58,228 nucleotides of DNA from a bacterium (GCA_041658465.1 JBBAAC010000001.1:1-58228), one strand, 5' to 3'; counted from the stretch's first letter, positions 35,502-47,163 are shown. A program made the numbers and translations. Notes: generated by a model not told the origin, from the letters alone.

Positions 35502-35591
35502 TACGGCTTCATCACCGAGGCAAAATACCGCGAGATCGTGCCAATGCATCCCGACATGGCCGCGTTCTGCCAGACCGTGAATTGTCCATAA
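35502..35591 (+). pseudogene. Orphan 3' terminal fragment (29 codons plus stop) of a third EF-hand/HExxH family gene
   Basis: tacggcttcatcaccgaggcaaaataccgcgagatcgtgccaatgcatcccgacatggccgcgttctgccagaccgtgaattgtccataa encodes YGFITEAKYREIVPMHPDMAAFCQTVNCP*. It has 8 mismatches in 90 nt to the 3' end of the 37503..39467 gene. No upstream gene body is present. Confidence 0.85.
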
Positions 35592-35674
35592 TTCGCATTT
35601 TCCTTTGACGCTGAGAGAGAGAATGGTTATAATTCTGACCATAAGGGGTCGGCCTTAGGCACGGGAGGTTCTGC

Positions 35675-35941
35675 ATGAAATCTATCAAGGCGACGGATGC
35701 GAAGAAACATCTGCTGGAAATCCTCCGGGATGCAGACGAGTCCTTTGAGCGCTACTGCATCACTCGAAACGGCGAGCCGAAGGCGATCCTCATGTCCGTG
35801 GACGATTATGAGGGATGGCTCGAAACCCTGGCAATCTTAAGCGACAAGAAGGCGGTGGCGGAAATTCGAAAGGCCCGCAGGGAGCTGAATGCCGGCAAAG
35901 CGATCCCTTTCGAAAAAATCCTGGAGAAGCTCTGTGCCTGA
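35675..35941 (+). CDS. Phd/YefM-family antitoxin
   Basis: IKATDAKKHLLEILRDADESFERYCITRNGEPKAILMSVDDYEGWLETLAILSD. It overlaps the downstream toxin by 8 nt. Confidence 0.85.
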   Translation: MKSIKATDAKKHLLEILRDADESFERYCITRNGEPKAILMSVDDYEGWLETLAILSDKKAVAEIRKARRELNAGKAIPFEKILEKLCA

Positions 35942-36194
35942 ATATCGCATTGTCTTTGCGCCAACAGCTGAGAAGCAATTGTTTGCGCTGACCAGGACCA
36001 TCCGCCTGCGCGTGGCTCATGCCATCGCAAAACTCGCCGATGATCCATTCTTGGGGAAACAGCTCAAAGGCGACCTCAAAGACTACCGATCCTGGCGAGT
36101 TGGAGATTATCGGGTCGTCTACTTTATCCGGAAGCATATCATTCAGATCGAGATCGTACGCATCGCGCATCGTCGCGAAGTCTATCGGCACTGA
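35934..36194 (+). CDS. RelE/ParE-family type II toxin (GTG start)
   Basis: VPEYRIVFAPTAEKQL...LKGDLKDYRSWRVGDYRVVYFIRKHIIQIEIVRIAHRREVY. The GTG at 35934 overlaps the antitoxin stop (gtgcctga). Confidence 0.8.
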   Translation: MPEYRIVFAPTAEKQLFALTRTIRLRVAHAIAKLADDPFLGKQLKGDLKDYRSWRVGDYRVVYFIRKHIIQIEIVRIAHRREVYRH

Positions 36195-36255
36195 CTTCGC
36201 CGATCCTGCCTTGACGCCGTGCCGATGCATGAAGAAGTCGCCGTCTTAGTAATGT

Positions 36256-37308
36256 TCACGCGATGCGGTAGAGACTCCCCTTCCTTGAACCTTCCATCGC
36301 TATGAGTCCACCCTGCTTCATGCGCGCGAGAATCGCCTTCAGCGTCACGCGTTTGATGCCTGAGTTGCGCTCCAGGAATCCGATGCTCGCGGGCTGATGC
36401 AGGCGGATGAGACCCAGCACTTTTTCTTCAAGGACCGTGAGAGTCCCAGACTTCTTCGGCATCCATTGCTTTTGCAGATAGTTTGCCTGCTGCTCAAGGG
36501 CGTTCAGGAAAAAGAGGAACCACGGGTTGATGTCTGCAGTCGCCTTGAGCGTTGCCTGCGTTTGCCGCAGAGCGATGTAATAGCCCTCCTTGTTATCCTC
36601 CACAACCTTCTCATGCGATGAATACATGCAGAATTCGTATCCCAGCTTTATAAGACACAGATTCGTGAGCAGCCGTGCCATGCGGCCGTTGCCGTCGCGA
36701 AACGGGTGGATCGCGAGGAATTTGACGATGAATGCCGCGATGACCTCCAGCTCTGAATAGTTCAAGTCACCGATGAACGCGTTGTAATCGTCCACGAGTT
36801 CGCGCATCTCGACGTCGGTCTGAACGCCCGGCGGCGTGGTCTCAAAGATTATCTCCCGCTCGCCCGTCGCGTGATCGATGCGTACGACGGAATTCGGGAC
36901 ATTCTTGTACGCGCCCCTCTGGTTCGCGGGGAGCACATCATTTGAAAGATATGAGCACATCATCTGGTGCAGCGATCGGACCGAGTGCTCGCTAATTTCG
37001 ATTTCGCGATAGTGGTCGAAGATATGGTGCAGGCAATCGATATAGCCCGCGACCTCCGCCTCGTCTCGGTCGTGGATCTTTTGAATCTTGAGCCCCTCAA
37101 GGCGTGCGACGATCTCATCATCGGAGAGCTTCGCCCCCTCTATACGCGTCGAGGCGCCTGCGGAGGTGATGATCGTGGTTTTCTTGAGTCCGGCGTAGAG
37201 ATCTCGGCTCGCCTCTTTTGAAATCTCCCACAGTTCTCTGAATGCACTTATGGCCTGAATTTTTTTCAGGACCTGCGGATTGAGCGGTGATTTGAGGAAG
37301 TTTCTCAT
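36256..37308 (-). CDS. Fic-family protein (AMPylase-type) with an intramolecular inhibitory motif and a C-terminal winged-helix domain
   Basis: The Fic motif is HPFRDGNGRMARLL. The N-terminal inhibitory motif is STRIEGA, of the form (S/T)xxxE(G/N). The C-terminal wHTH-like tail is IGFLERNSGIKRVTLKAILARMKQGGLI. The start was chosen at MRNFLKS; the tracked start at 37344 would run through direct-repeat DNA. Confidence 0.8.
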   Translation of the reverse strand: MRNFLKSPLNPQVLKKIQAISAFRELWEISKEASRDLYAGLKKTTIITSAGASTRIEGAKLSDDEIVARLEGLKIQKIHDRDEAEVAGYIDCLHHIFDHYREIEISEHSVRSLHQMMCSYLSNDVLPANQRGAYKNVPNSVVRIDHATGEREIIFETTPPGVQTDVEMRELVDDYNAFIGDLNYSELEVIAAFIVKFLAIHPFRDGNGRMARLLTNLCLIKLGYEFCMYSSHEKVVEDNKEGYYIALRQTQATLKATADINPWFLFFLNALEQQANYLQKQWMPKKSGTLTVLEEKVLGLIRLHQPASIGFLERNSGIKRVTLKAILARMKQGGLIAMEGSRKGSLYRIA

Positions 37309-37416
37309 ACCATTAAATATGCCATATAATATGCCATAAATCAATTAAATCCATAAAATACCCCATATTTTATACCAAATACCTGCCTGAGAAACGACTG
37401 ACAGCCATATATACAG

Positions 37417-37502
37417 CGCAACATTTCCCTTCGTCAGCCGATAATAATGATGTGGGGGGTCTGCCCGTCAGGGCAAGTGACAGTAAAACCAACGAGTTAA
37501 TC
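37417..37502 (+). promoter_or_regulatory. Conserved 5' leader/promoter block of the EF-hand/HExxH gene family (copy 2)
   Basis: See 33080-33165; this is the same block with one extra g. Confidence 0.45.
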
Positions 37503-39467
37503 GTGCCTGGCACCAAATCCATATCCGAGGTCCGGGATCTCTACGACCTCATCGACCTCTATGCGAACCTGGATCGCAGTGGGGATGGGCTCATCGGTGC
37601 CGGAGAGATGCCCGCCGAAGAGATCAGCAAGACCGACGTCGGCAGTACGCCGTATGAAAAAAACCGGCCCGATGGATTTCTCGCACCGTGGGAGATCATG
37701 CAGCGTCAGGCGCGTTTCTTTGGCTCCACCGAGGTCGCGCAAATGCGCACCCAAAACCAGGCGTCACTCGGCAGCGCCTTTTCGGACATCATGAGCCTTC
37801 CAAAGGATGTCGCCTTTGGGCCGCTCAGGTTTAAGGTCCATACGGCCTTGCGTTTCTGGCAGAATGGACGCATCCAGGAAGCCACGCTCGCTGAGCCCAC
37901 CGACATCTCCGTGCTCGCGCGACAATGCCACATGCACACGCCTCCAGATGATGGCGACCTGAAATCGCTCCCGGCAGGCACAAGGATATGGCTTGATCCG
38001 GACGGGACGCTCAAGGAGATCGAGCTGGGCGGCCCCGCGCACATCAGGGGAATAGACTTCACTGCCGGCATTCGGATCAGGTTCAAAGGGAATAAGAAGA
38101 TCGGGGAAGCAGATGCAACACACGAACCGATTGTCATAAACAACATTGCCTACACTCGAGTCGTTTTCCTTGAAAACGGCGATCAAGTCCGGACCCTGAA
38201 GGACGATACCTCAGTGCCGTTTTTGCGTCTCGTGTATAGTTACAATTATTTCGGGTCTGTCGCTGACTCCAAGACGAGCGTAAGCCTTCCCTGTAAAGCA
38301 AAGACTGACGTCCGGTTCAATCCTGATAGGTTTGCTATTCAGGGTGTGCTTGCCCAGGGCCAACGCATGTTTGAATATGAAGGCAAGTCCGGCGGTCTGG
38401 AAGTCGCACTTCCCCCAGGCACCAAAATACATGTCGGCGACGGAAGCGTGACTCAATTCCGCGCAGAACTCGGCGATGACTTCAGATTTCAAGGTGTGCA
38501 TGCGGGGCAAGGCGATATTTTTGAGGAAATCAGTGAAAGAGATCTGGAAGGCATGATCGATGCAAAATGGTATTTTACGAATGAATATGTCGTCCGACTC
38601 AGATCGAATCATGGCAGCATCCGCATCGGCGGTGTGCACGCCACGGAGGCAACAATCGATGCGGCCGGCGTTGTATGGGCAACGCTCGCGGGGGATTTCC
38701 AAAGCCCCTATGGCAGCGGGAGGGTCTATCGAGCCGGTGAAAATGTATTTCTTTCAGCAGATGGAAGATTTCTGGAACCGACGATGAAGTGTTTTGAGAC
38801 ACTGTATCCGGGAATCAAACTTTTCGGCGTCAACAATGCCAACGAACTCTTGCATATCCTGACGGGCATGGCGGCCCTGCCCCCTGCTATACGGAGAAGC
38901 CTCCGAAAGGTCAGCTTCGTGGATGATTTTGATTACTCCCGTCATCCTGATATTCCATGGTTCGCTAGCATTAAGGGAGAAGCTGATCCTGTCGACATTG
39001 GTAGTTTTCGACTAAGTCGGTACTCTTCGTTGCAAGGAAGCATGCATCCAGATCAGAGAGGCGAATTGCGTTTCCTCCACGAGGCAGCGCACGTGCACAC
39101 GCTTCGAGTTGGCGAAGAGTTTAAACGAAAATGGCTGAAGGTTGAATATTCCCTTTTACCAAAATGGATTCAGGAACGGTTGAAGGCCGAAGGTCTCGAG
39201 ATAAATAATACCATAGAAGCTTGCATCACTGAATATGGATGCAGGAATTTTTATGAAGATGTCGCGACGATGACTGAAGCAGCGACCTTTAAGCCGACCT
39301 TGTTTCGACGGTGGATTGATCCCGGAGTTCACAGGCACGCCCCCGCCTTCCGCGCCAAGCTCGATCTCCTGCGCGAGTACGGCTTCATCACCGAGGCGAA
39401 GTACCGCGAGATCGTGCCGGTGCATCCCGGAATGGCCGCGTTCTGCCAGGCCGTGAATTGTCCGTAA
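37503..39467 (+). CDS. EF-hand plus MORN-variant-like repeat plus HExxH (HEAAH) protein, paralog 2 (a 17-codon upstream extension to 37452 is possible)
   Basis: The GTG start is homologous to paralog 1. The EF-hand loop is DRSGDGLIGAGE. Repeats are FWQNGRIQEATL, WLDPDGTLKEIEL and LSADGRFLEPTM. The HExxH context is FLHEAAHVHTL, with a downstream EDVAT. The C-terminal end is YGFITEAKYREIVPVHPGMAAFCQAVNCP. Confidence 0.7.
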   Translation: MPGTKSISEVRDLYDLIDLYANLDRSGDGLIGAGEMPAEEISKTDVGSTPYEKNRPDGFLAPWEIMQRQARFFGSTEVAQMRTQNQASLGSAFSDIMSLPKDVAFGPLRFKVHTALRFWQNGRIQEATLAEPTDISVLARQCHMHTPPDDGDLKSLPAGTRIWLDPDGTLKEIELGGPAHIRGIDFTAGIRIRFKGNKKIGEADATHEPIVINNIAYTRVVFLENGDQVRTLKDDTSVPFLRLVYSYNYFGSVADSKTSVSLPCKAKTDVRFNPDRFAIQGVLAQGQRMFEYEGKSGGLEVALPPGTKIHVGDGSVTQFRAELGDDFRFQGVHAGQGDIFEEISERDLEGMIDAKWYFTNEYVVRLRSNHGSIRIGGVHATEATIDAAGVVWATLAGDFQSPYGSGRVYRAGENVFLSADGRFLEPTMKCFETLYPGIKLFGVNNANELLHILTGMAALPPAIRRSLRKVSFVDDFDYSRHPDIPWFASIKGEADPVDIGSFRLSRYSSLQGSMHPDQRGELRFLHEAAHVHTLRVGEEFKRKWLKVEYSLLPKWIQERLKAEGLEINNTIEACITEYGCRNFYEDVATMTEAATFKPTLFRRWIDPGVHRHAPAFRAKLDLLREYGFITEAKYREIVPVHPGMAAFCQAVNCP

Positions 39468-39612
39468 TCTGAACCCTCATCGCATAAGAGCCCACAGCAT
39501 TTTGCTGATCTCCGCTCTTCAATCTGCTGATCTCAGATCTAAAATCTCAAACTGCGATGGTGAGGCGATGATACTGCGACGGTACGTCGACGGTGAAGCG
39601 ATGATACGGCGA

Positions 39613-41127
39613 TCAAATTCGTTCTTCCTTCACCTCCGTACCATCGTACATTATTCTCGTCGGCACGCCCTCGGAGATCGTCTCTATGCCCACCGGCCGG
39701 CGCCATAGCTTGTAGAGATTCTTTAGCGTGGCCTGGGCGTAGTCGTCCTTCAGATCCACGCCCTCGTGGGTATGCTTGAGCAGGAGCTCGCCGCGGTTGC
39801 GGAAGTTGCCCTCCACGACGTCGATGATCGGGTGGCCGAAGTTCGTGAGCTGAAAGAGAAACTGCTTCTTGATCTTGTCGAACTCGCGCGACGCTATCCT
39901 CATCTCCTCGTGCGTGAGGTCGTACGCATAGACGAAGAGCCTGTGCTCCTGGCAGAATTCCGGGGTGAGGAACTCATCGATGAATGTCACATCCGAGTAA
40001 AGCCTGCGGACCTCGAATATCTTCTGACGGCCGAGGCCGAGTTTGCGGTCCCAGTTCTTCCTGGCCACCATATCGTTGCAATCATCGTACTCCTTGCCGA
40101 ACTTGCCCTTGTTCCAGCGATCCTCGATGTCGCGGTAGAGCTCGAGCCCTATCTTGTAAGGATTCACGCGCGTCGGACCCATGGCGACCGTGCCCGAATG
40201 ATGATCCGCATAATCGATCACCTCCGAGTCCTTGAGCGCCTTCTCGGTCATGATCCTGGAGTGCCAATAACTCGCCCACCCTTCATTCGCGATCTTCGTC
40301 TGCCCCTGCGGCGCGAAGTAGTACGTCTCCTCGCGGATGAGGGAGAGCACGTCGCGCTCCCACTTCTCGAGCGGAGCGTAGTCCAGCAGGAAGAGGAGCA
40401 CGTCTTTTTCCGGTCTTTCAGGGAATTTCTTCTCCTCCTTTGCCTCTTCATCGAGCGCCCTGCGCTGCTCATCCAGAAACTCCTGGGGGTTCACGAACTT
40501 CTCCATGTACGGCCGCCCCGCGCGCAGCGTGTGGATCGGGCGCCTGGCGCTCGCGTCCTCCGCCGACGGAGGACTGCGCCGCTTGATGGCCGGCGCGTGG
40601 TAATCGATGAGCGTGTCGAGCGAAAGGCAGGCGTCGACGAAGGACTCGACGTTGTCGTGGCCGTACGCATCGATGTAGCGCATGATGCGCGTCTTGTGGT
40701 TGGCCATCTCGTCCATCATCTTGCGGTTCGTGTGCGCGAAGTAGACGTTGTTCTTGAAGAAGTCGCAGTGCGCGTAGACGTGCGCCATCACCAACTTCTG
40801 GTCCACGATGCCGTTCGAATAGAGCAGATAGGCGTAGCAGGGATCGGTGTTGACCACCATCTCGTAGATCTTGGAAAGCCCGTATGCGTAACTCTTCGAG
40901 AGCTCCTCGTATTCCATGCCGAAACGCCAGTGCGGGTAGCGGTTGGGAAACCCGCCGTACGCCGCCACTTCGTTTAGCTGATTCCAGTCGAGCACCTCGA
41001 AGATCACGTCGAAGAAATCGAGCCCGTAGCCCCGCGCATAGCTCTCTATCTCGTGCTTGAGCGCAGCCAGCTCGGATGGCAGCGAGGTCATGTACTTGGA
41101 AACGCTCTTTGGGTTGTGCTGTATCAT
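39613..41127 (-). CDS. spoVR: SpoVR-family protein
   Basis: [43 protein letters not shown] and [12 protein letters not shown] are typical of SpoVR/YcgB. Its ATG overlaps the yeaH stop (ATGA). Confidence 0.85.
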   Translation of the reverse strand: MIQHNPKSVSKYMTSLPSELAALKHEIESYARGYGLDFFDVIFEVLDWNQLNEVAAYGGFPNRYPHWRFGMEYEELSKSYAYGLSKIYEMVVNTDPCYAYLLYSNGIVDQKLVMAHVYAHCDFFKNNVYFAHTNRKMMDEMANHKTRIMRYIDAYGHDNVESFVDACLSLDTLIDYHAPAIKRRSPPSAEDASARRPIHTLRAGRPYMEKFVNPQEFLDEQRRALDEEAKEEKKFPERPEKDVLLFLLDYAPLEKWERDVLSLIREETYYFAPQGQTKIANEGWASYWHSRIMTEKALKDSEVIDYADHHSGTVAMGPTRVNPYKIGLELYRDIEDRWNKGKFGKEYDDCNDMVARKNWDRKLGLGRQKIFEVRRLYSDVTFIDEFLTPEFCQEHRLFVYAYDLTHEEMRIASREFDKIKKQFLFQLTNFGHPIIDVVEGNFRNRGELLLKHTHEGVDLKDDYAQATLKNLYKLWRRPVGIETISEGVPTRIMYDGTEVKEERI

Positions 41128-42227
41128 TTTCCCTTGCCCAGGAATGTCTTGATAGAGTCGATGATCGCATTCCTGTCCTGTATCCGCGACGTGATGAGCG
41201 TCTCGTGGGATGGGAATCGCGCTTCCAGATCGCGCAGATACTGGCCGCTGCCGTACTCGCTCTCCACCTGCCCGTAGCAGAAGAGGTTCGAAATCGGCAT
41301 GATCTCCTTCTCCAGAAGATTCATGCACTCCTCGGTGTCGTTGCCGGACCAGTTGTCGCCGTCTGAGAATTGGAACGGGTAAATGTTCCATTCATCCGGG
41401 TTGTAGCTCTCCTCGATTATTTTCAGGAAGAGCTTGTACGCGGAGGAGATGATCGTGCCGCCGCTCTCGCGGGTATGGAAGAATGTCTCGCGGTCGACCT
41501 CCCTGGCCACCGCGTCGTGGATGATGTAGCGCACTTCCATGCCCTGGTATTGCGAGCGGATCCACGCATCGAGCCAGAACGACTCGAGCCGCACGATCTC
41601 CTTCTGCTCGTTGCCCATGGAGCCGGACACGTCGAGCATATAGACGATGAGCGCGCGGCTGCGAGGCTTTACGACCTCTTTCCACGTCCGATACACGCGG
41701 TCCTCTCGGACCGGGATTATAAGCGGCCGCCTGGGATCGTAGGTGCCGCTCATGATCTGGCGGCGCAAGGCCTTGCGATAGGTGCGCTTGAAGTGGCGCA
41801 GACTCTCGGGGCCCGTGGACGCCATGCCGGTGTACTTGTATCTCTTGCTCTCCAGGTCCTCGGCGCCCTTGGGCCGGATGCGCGGCAGCTCGAGCTCCTC
41901 GCCCAGAAGCTGCGCCAGCTCCTCGAAGCTGACCTCGACCTCGATCAGGTGCTCGCCCGGCGCGTTGCCCGCCTTTGACGCGCCCTCCTGGTCGCCGGGC
42001 TGGATCGCACCCCCCTCGTCGCCGTCGCCCTGGCCGATGCCGCCCTTCTGCTTGTCGCCGTAGACAAAGTGAGGGATATCGATGCGCGGGATAGGGATGC
42101 TGACCAGGTCCTTACCCTTGCGGCCGATCAACTCACCCGTGGAGATGAACTTTCGCAGCTCTTTCTTGATCGCGCCCCGGACGATCTGCTTGAAACGCGC
42201 AACATCCTGATCAATTTTTTGTGCCAT
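41124..42227 (-). CDS. yeaH: YeaH/YhbH-family protein (DUF444, vWA-like)
   Basis: The N-terminus is [28 protein letters not shown]. The vWA-like MIDAS context is MLDVSGSMG. It lies between prkA and spoVR. Confidence 0.85.
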   Translation of the reverse strand: MAQKIDQDVARFKQIVRGAIKKELRKFISTGELIGRKGKDLVSIPIPRIDIPHFVYGDKQKGGIGQGDGDEGGAIQPGDQEGASKAGNAPGEHLIEVEVSFEELAQLLGEELELPRIRPKGAEDLESKRYKYTGMASTGPESLRHFKRTYRKALRRQIMSGTYDPRRPLIIPVREDRVYRTWKEVVKPRSRALIVYMLDVSGSMGNEQKEIVRLESFWLDAWIRSQYQGMEVRYIIHDAVAREVDRETFFHTRESGGTIISSAYKLFLKIIEESYNPDEWNIYPFQFSDGDNWSGNDTEECMNLLEKEIMPISNLFCYGQVESEYGSGQYLRDLEARFPSHETLITSRIQDRNAIIDSIKTFLGKGK

Positions 42228-42329
42228 GAAATCCGGAACCTGGGACCCGGAACCTGAGACCCGGAAAAAACAATCCGACACTTTCTGCAATGCGCCCGGT
42301 CCCTGGTTCCTGGTCCCGGGTCCGAAACG

Positions 42330-44420
<2,091 letters not shown>

Positions 44421-44469
44421 AATCCCTCCCAGGTTGATCTTCTTGGTAAATGCTACCAGACGCCGAGCC

Positions 44470-45396
44470 CTATTTCAACACCCGGCTCTCGTTCTCTTTT
44501 ATGGTTGAGCGGATTACCGCCCTCAGCAGCGTATTGCGGTTTGCCCGTCCAACGAGGGCACGCATGTCTTCGTAGAGTGCGGGATCCATTATCATCTTGC
44601 CCAACGTACCTTCCCCGCGGCGTATGGAATCCAGTATCGAGCGGAGGTCCTCGGAGGCATGGCGCAGATTAACTATGAGTCCCGCTGTCTTGCCCCCGCC
44701 CTCCTTCTCGGCATTCTCGGCGATATCCCCTACGGATTTGAGGGTGCGCGAGAGATCGGCCACCACCTGCTCGCCCTTTGGGTCATAGATGAGCGCGTGG
44801 ATGAGTCCCTTGCCCTTTTCAACCTGTTCGATGGTCGTGCGCAACGAGGTAACTATTGACTTCAGGTCGGACTCGCCCTTCTTGCCCTTGAATCCGGAGA
44901 GCATATCGGTTAGCGACTTGGCCGCATCCTGGATGTTATCCATGATGGAACCGGCCTTGTCGGCCAGCGCGAAAATCGAGGTAGTCTCCTTGGCCGGAAC
45001 GATGCCCTTGTCAGGGACGATGGGCTGCGCCTCGCTCCCCATGGTCAAATAGATGTACTTGTCGCCCAGAAGGCCCTGCGTCTCCACTGTCGCCACGCTG
45101 TCAGCACGGATCCTGTCCTCGTACTGTCTCCGGATCCTGAGCTTCACGGTGATCTCGCGCTTCTCGATACTCGGGTTGAAACGTATCCCGTCCACAAAAC
45201 CGACCCTGTACCCGGCGAGCTGGACCGGCGCGCCTACACGCAGCCCGGCGATGCTCTGAAAGTTCGCGTAAATTGTATAATGCCTTGTGAAGAACCTGTG
45301 TTCTCCGCCGATCATGAAAATGGTTATCATGGCCAGAAGAAGCCCTGTCGCCATGAAGAGCCCTACGCGGAATTCGGTCAACACGCTGCGCGGCAT
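44470..45396 (-). CDS. mlaD: MlaD/MCE-family protein
   Basis: GGAGG lies 5 nt before the ATG at 45396. It has an N-terminal TM segment ([23 protein letters not shown]) and an MCE domain ([18 protein letters not shown]). Confidence 0.8.
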   Translation of the reverse strand: MPRSVLTEFRVGLFMATGLLLAMITIFMIGGEHRFFTRHYTIYANFQSIAGLRVGAPVQLAGYRVGFVDGIRFNPSIEKREITVKLRIRRQYEDRIRADSVATVETQGLLGDKYIYLTMGSEAQPIVPDKGIVPAKETTSIFALADKAGSIMDNIQDAAKSLTDMLSGFKGKKGESDLKSIVTSLRTTIEQVEKGKGLIHALIYDPKGEQVVADLSRTLKSVGDIAENAEKEGGGKTAGLIVNLRHASEDLRSILDSIRRGEGTLGKMIMDPALYEDMRALVGRANRNTLLRAVIRSTIKENESRVLK

Positions 45397-45493
45397 ATGA
45401 ACCTCCACAAAATCCTAATACTTCCGACATGATCTTCGTTTCGATGCAGGAAGCAGGAAACACGAAGCAGGAAAAATCACAACTCAGTTTAAT

Positions 45494-45556
45494 CATGCTT
45501 CATGCTTCATGCTTCATGCTTCATGCTTCATGCTTCATGCTTCATGTCTCATGCCT
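45494..45556. repeat. Tandem heptanucleotide repeat (catgctt, seven perfect units plus two degenerate units)
   Basis: Direct reading. It begins 7 nt beyond the mlaF stop codon and lies about 97 nt upstream of the mlaD ATG. Confidence 0.95.
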
Positions 45557-45562
45557 CGCGCC

Positions 45563-46321
45563 TTATCCATCTCCCGTCTCCATCTCGCCCTTGATGAAAT
45601 TCTGCACGAGCGGATCGTCCGAGGAGAGGGCTTCATCCTTTGTCCCAACGAAACCGAACCGTCGATCGTGGATCATCGCAAGACGGTCCGTCACCGAAAA
45701 AGCTGCTTGCATGTCATGGGTCACGACCACCGAAGTAACGCCCAGCTTATCCTGCAACGACTTGATGAGGAGGCATATTCGCTTTGTGTTCGCCGGATCC
45801 AGACCGGTAGTCGGCTCATCGTAAAGTATGACATCCGGATTTGTGGCGATAGCTCGCGCGAGACCTACCCTCTTTTTCATTCCTCCGGAGAGATCGGCCG
45901 GCATCATTCCCTCGACCCCGGGCATACCGACGAGCCTCAGCTTCTCGGCCACTATCTGGGATATCTCGGGCTCAGAGTAATTGAAGTGCTCCCTGAGCGG
46001 ATAGGCGACGTTTTCCCGCACGGTGAGGGAGTCGAAGAGCGCGGCGCCCTGAAAGAGCATCCCCAACCGGCTGCGCATCTTCGAGAGTTCGCGCTCGCTC
46101 ATTTCGCTGAGCGCCTGCCCCTTAAACAGTACATGCCCAGTGTCAGGATGCAGCACGCCGAGCAGAAGCTTGAGAAGCACGGTCTTGCCCTTGCCCGACC
46201 CGCCTATGATCGTGATCGTCTCGCCCTTCAGGATCGACAGGTCGGCGCCGTCCAACACCTTGTTGTCGCCGAATGCCTTTGAAACCTTTTTGAACTCTAT
46301 TATCGGGATCATTTCACTCAT
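45563..46321 (-). CDS. mlaF: Mla-type ABC transporter ATP-binding protein
   Basis: Walker A is GGSGKGKTV, the signature is LSGGMKKRV and Walker B is VILYDEPT. Confidence 0.85.
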   Translation of the reverse strand: MSEMIPIIEFKKVSKAFGDNKVLDGADLSILKGETITIIGGSGKGKTVLLKLLLGVLHPDTGHVLFKGQALSEMSERELSKMRSRLGMLFQGAALFDSLTVRENVAYPLREHFNYSEPEISQIVAEKLRLVGMPGVEGMMPADLSGGMKKRVGLARAIATNPDVILYDEPTTGLDPANTKRICLLIKSLQDKLGVTSVVVTHDMQAAFSVTDRLAMIHDRRFGFVGTKDEALSSDDPLVQNFIKGEMETGDG

Positions 46322-46324
46322 CCG

Positions 46325-47152
46325 TCACAAATACAGTATCAGCTTCGTGAGGAAGAAATCCGACACGAAGATGGTGATCGAAGAAAAGACCACGGCCCTC
46401 GTCGTCGCGCGTCCCACTCCCTCCGTGCCGCCCTGGGTCTCAAGGCCCTGGAAGCAGGATATTATCGCAATGAAGAAGCCGAAGAAAAACGCCTTCGTGA
46501 TACCGCTCGTGAAGTCCTCCGTAAGGAGCGTGGTGCGAACCTGGTCGACATAGAACTGCGGGGTGACCCCTGCCTCGCGTACTGCGATGATCATCCCGCC
46601 CACGGTTCCGATGAGATCCGCCATAATTGTAAGAACGGGGGCAGCGATCGTTGTGGCTAGAAGCCTGGGAACCACCAGCTTCTGAACAGGGTTTGCACCC
46701 ATCGCCTCGATGGCCAGCACCTGTTCGGTCACGACCATCGAACCGAGTTCCGCTGCGATTCCGCTCCCCACGCGCGCCGCTATCATGAGAGAGGTCAGCA
46801 CCGGCGCCAGTTCGCGAAACACCGCCAGCGCCACCACCTGACCGACGTAGAGCTTGAGCCCGAACCTCCCTAGCCCCACCGAGAGCTGCAGGGCGAGCAC
46901 AAGGCCGGTGAAGAGTGCTATGAGCGCCACGATCAAGAATGAGCGGTTTCCTATGACGTAGAGCTGGCGCATGAACTCGGAGAATTCAAGCCTCCTCGTG
47001 AATATGATCCTGATGGAGCGCGAGGCCAGAAGCGAAATGCCGCCCAGCTGGTCGGCCAGGGCCATAACCTTGCGGCCGATGCCGCCAAAGAAAGAGGCCG
47101 ACACAGTTGCAGCCGCATCGCCTTGATGGAAGTTGAAAATGGAAGAAGCCAT
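46325..47152 (-). CDS. mlaE: Mla-type ABC transporter permease
   Basis: This polytopic membrane protein has the MlaE-like motifs FRELAPVLTSLMIAARVGSGIAAELGSM. Confidence 0.85.
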   Translation of the reverse strand: MASSIFNFHQGDAAATVSASFFGGIGRKVMALADQLGGISLLASRSIRIIFTRRLEFSEFMRQLYVIGNRSFLIVALIALFTGLVLALQLSVGLGRFGLKLYVGQVVALAVFRELAPVLTSLMIAARVGSGIAAELGSMVVTEQVLAIEAMGANPVQKLVVPRLLATTIAAPVLTIMADLIGTVGGMIIAVREAGVTPQFYVDQVRTTLLTEDFTSGITKAFFFGFFIAIISCFQGLETQGGTEGVGRATTRAVVFSSITIFVSDFFLTKLILYL

Positions 47153-47163
47153 TTTTCTCTTAT

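Noticed and set aside
35169-35642. 157-aa minus-strand ORF covering the Phd antitoxin and the orphan 3' fragment.
   Set aside because: It is antisense to a well-supported Phd gene. Its apparent similarity to the 34696-34896 and 39156-39425 minus-strand ORFs is simply the reverse complement of the conserved family 3' end.
37452-37502. 17-codon upstream extension (MGGLPVRASDSKTNELI) of paralog 2.
   Set aside because: The homologous stretch upstream of paralog 1 is out of frame (one g fewer) and closed by tga/tag/taa. The shared GTG at 37503/33166 is therefore the more parsimonious start. This remains possible for paralog 2 only.
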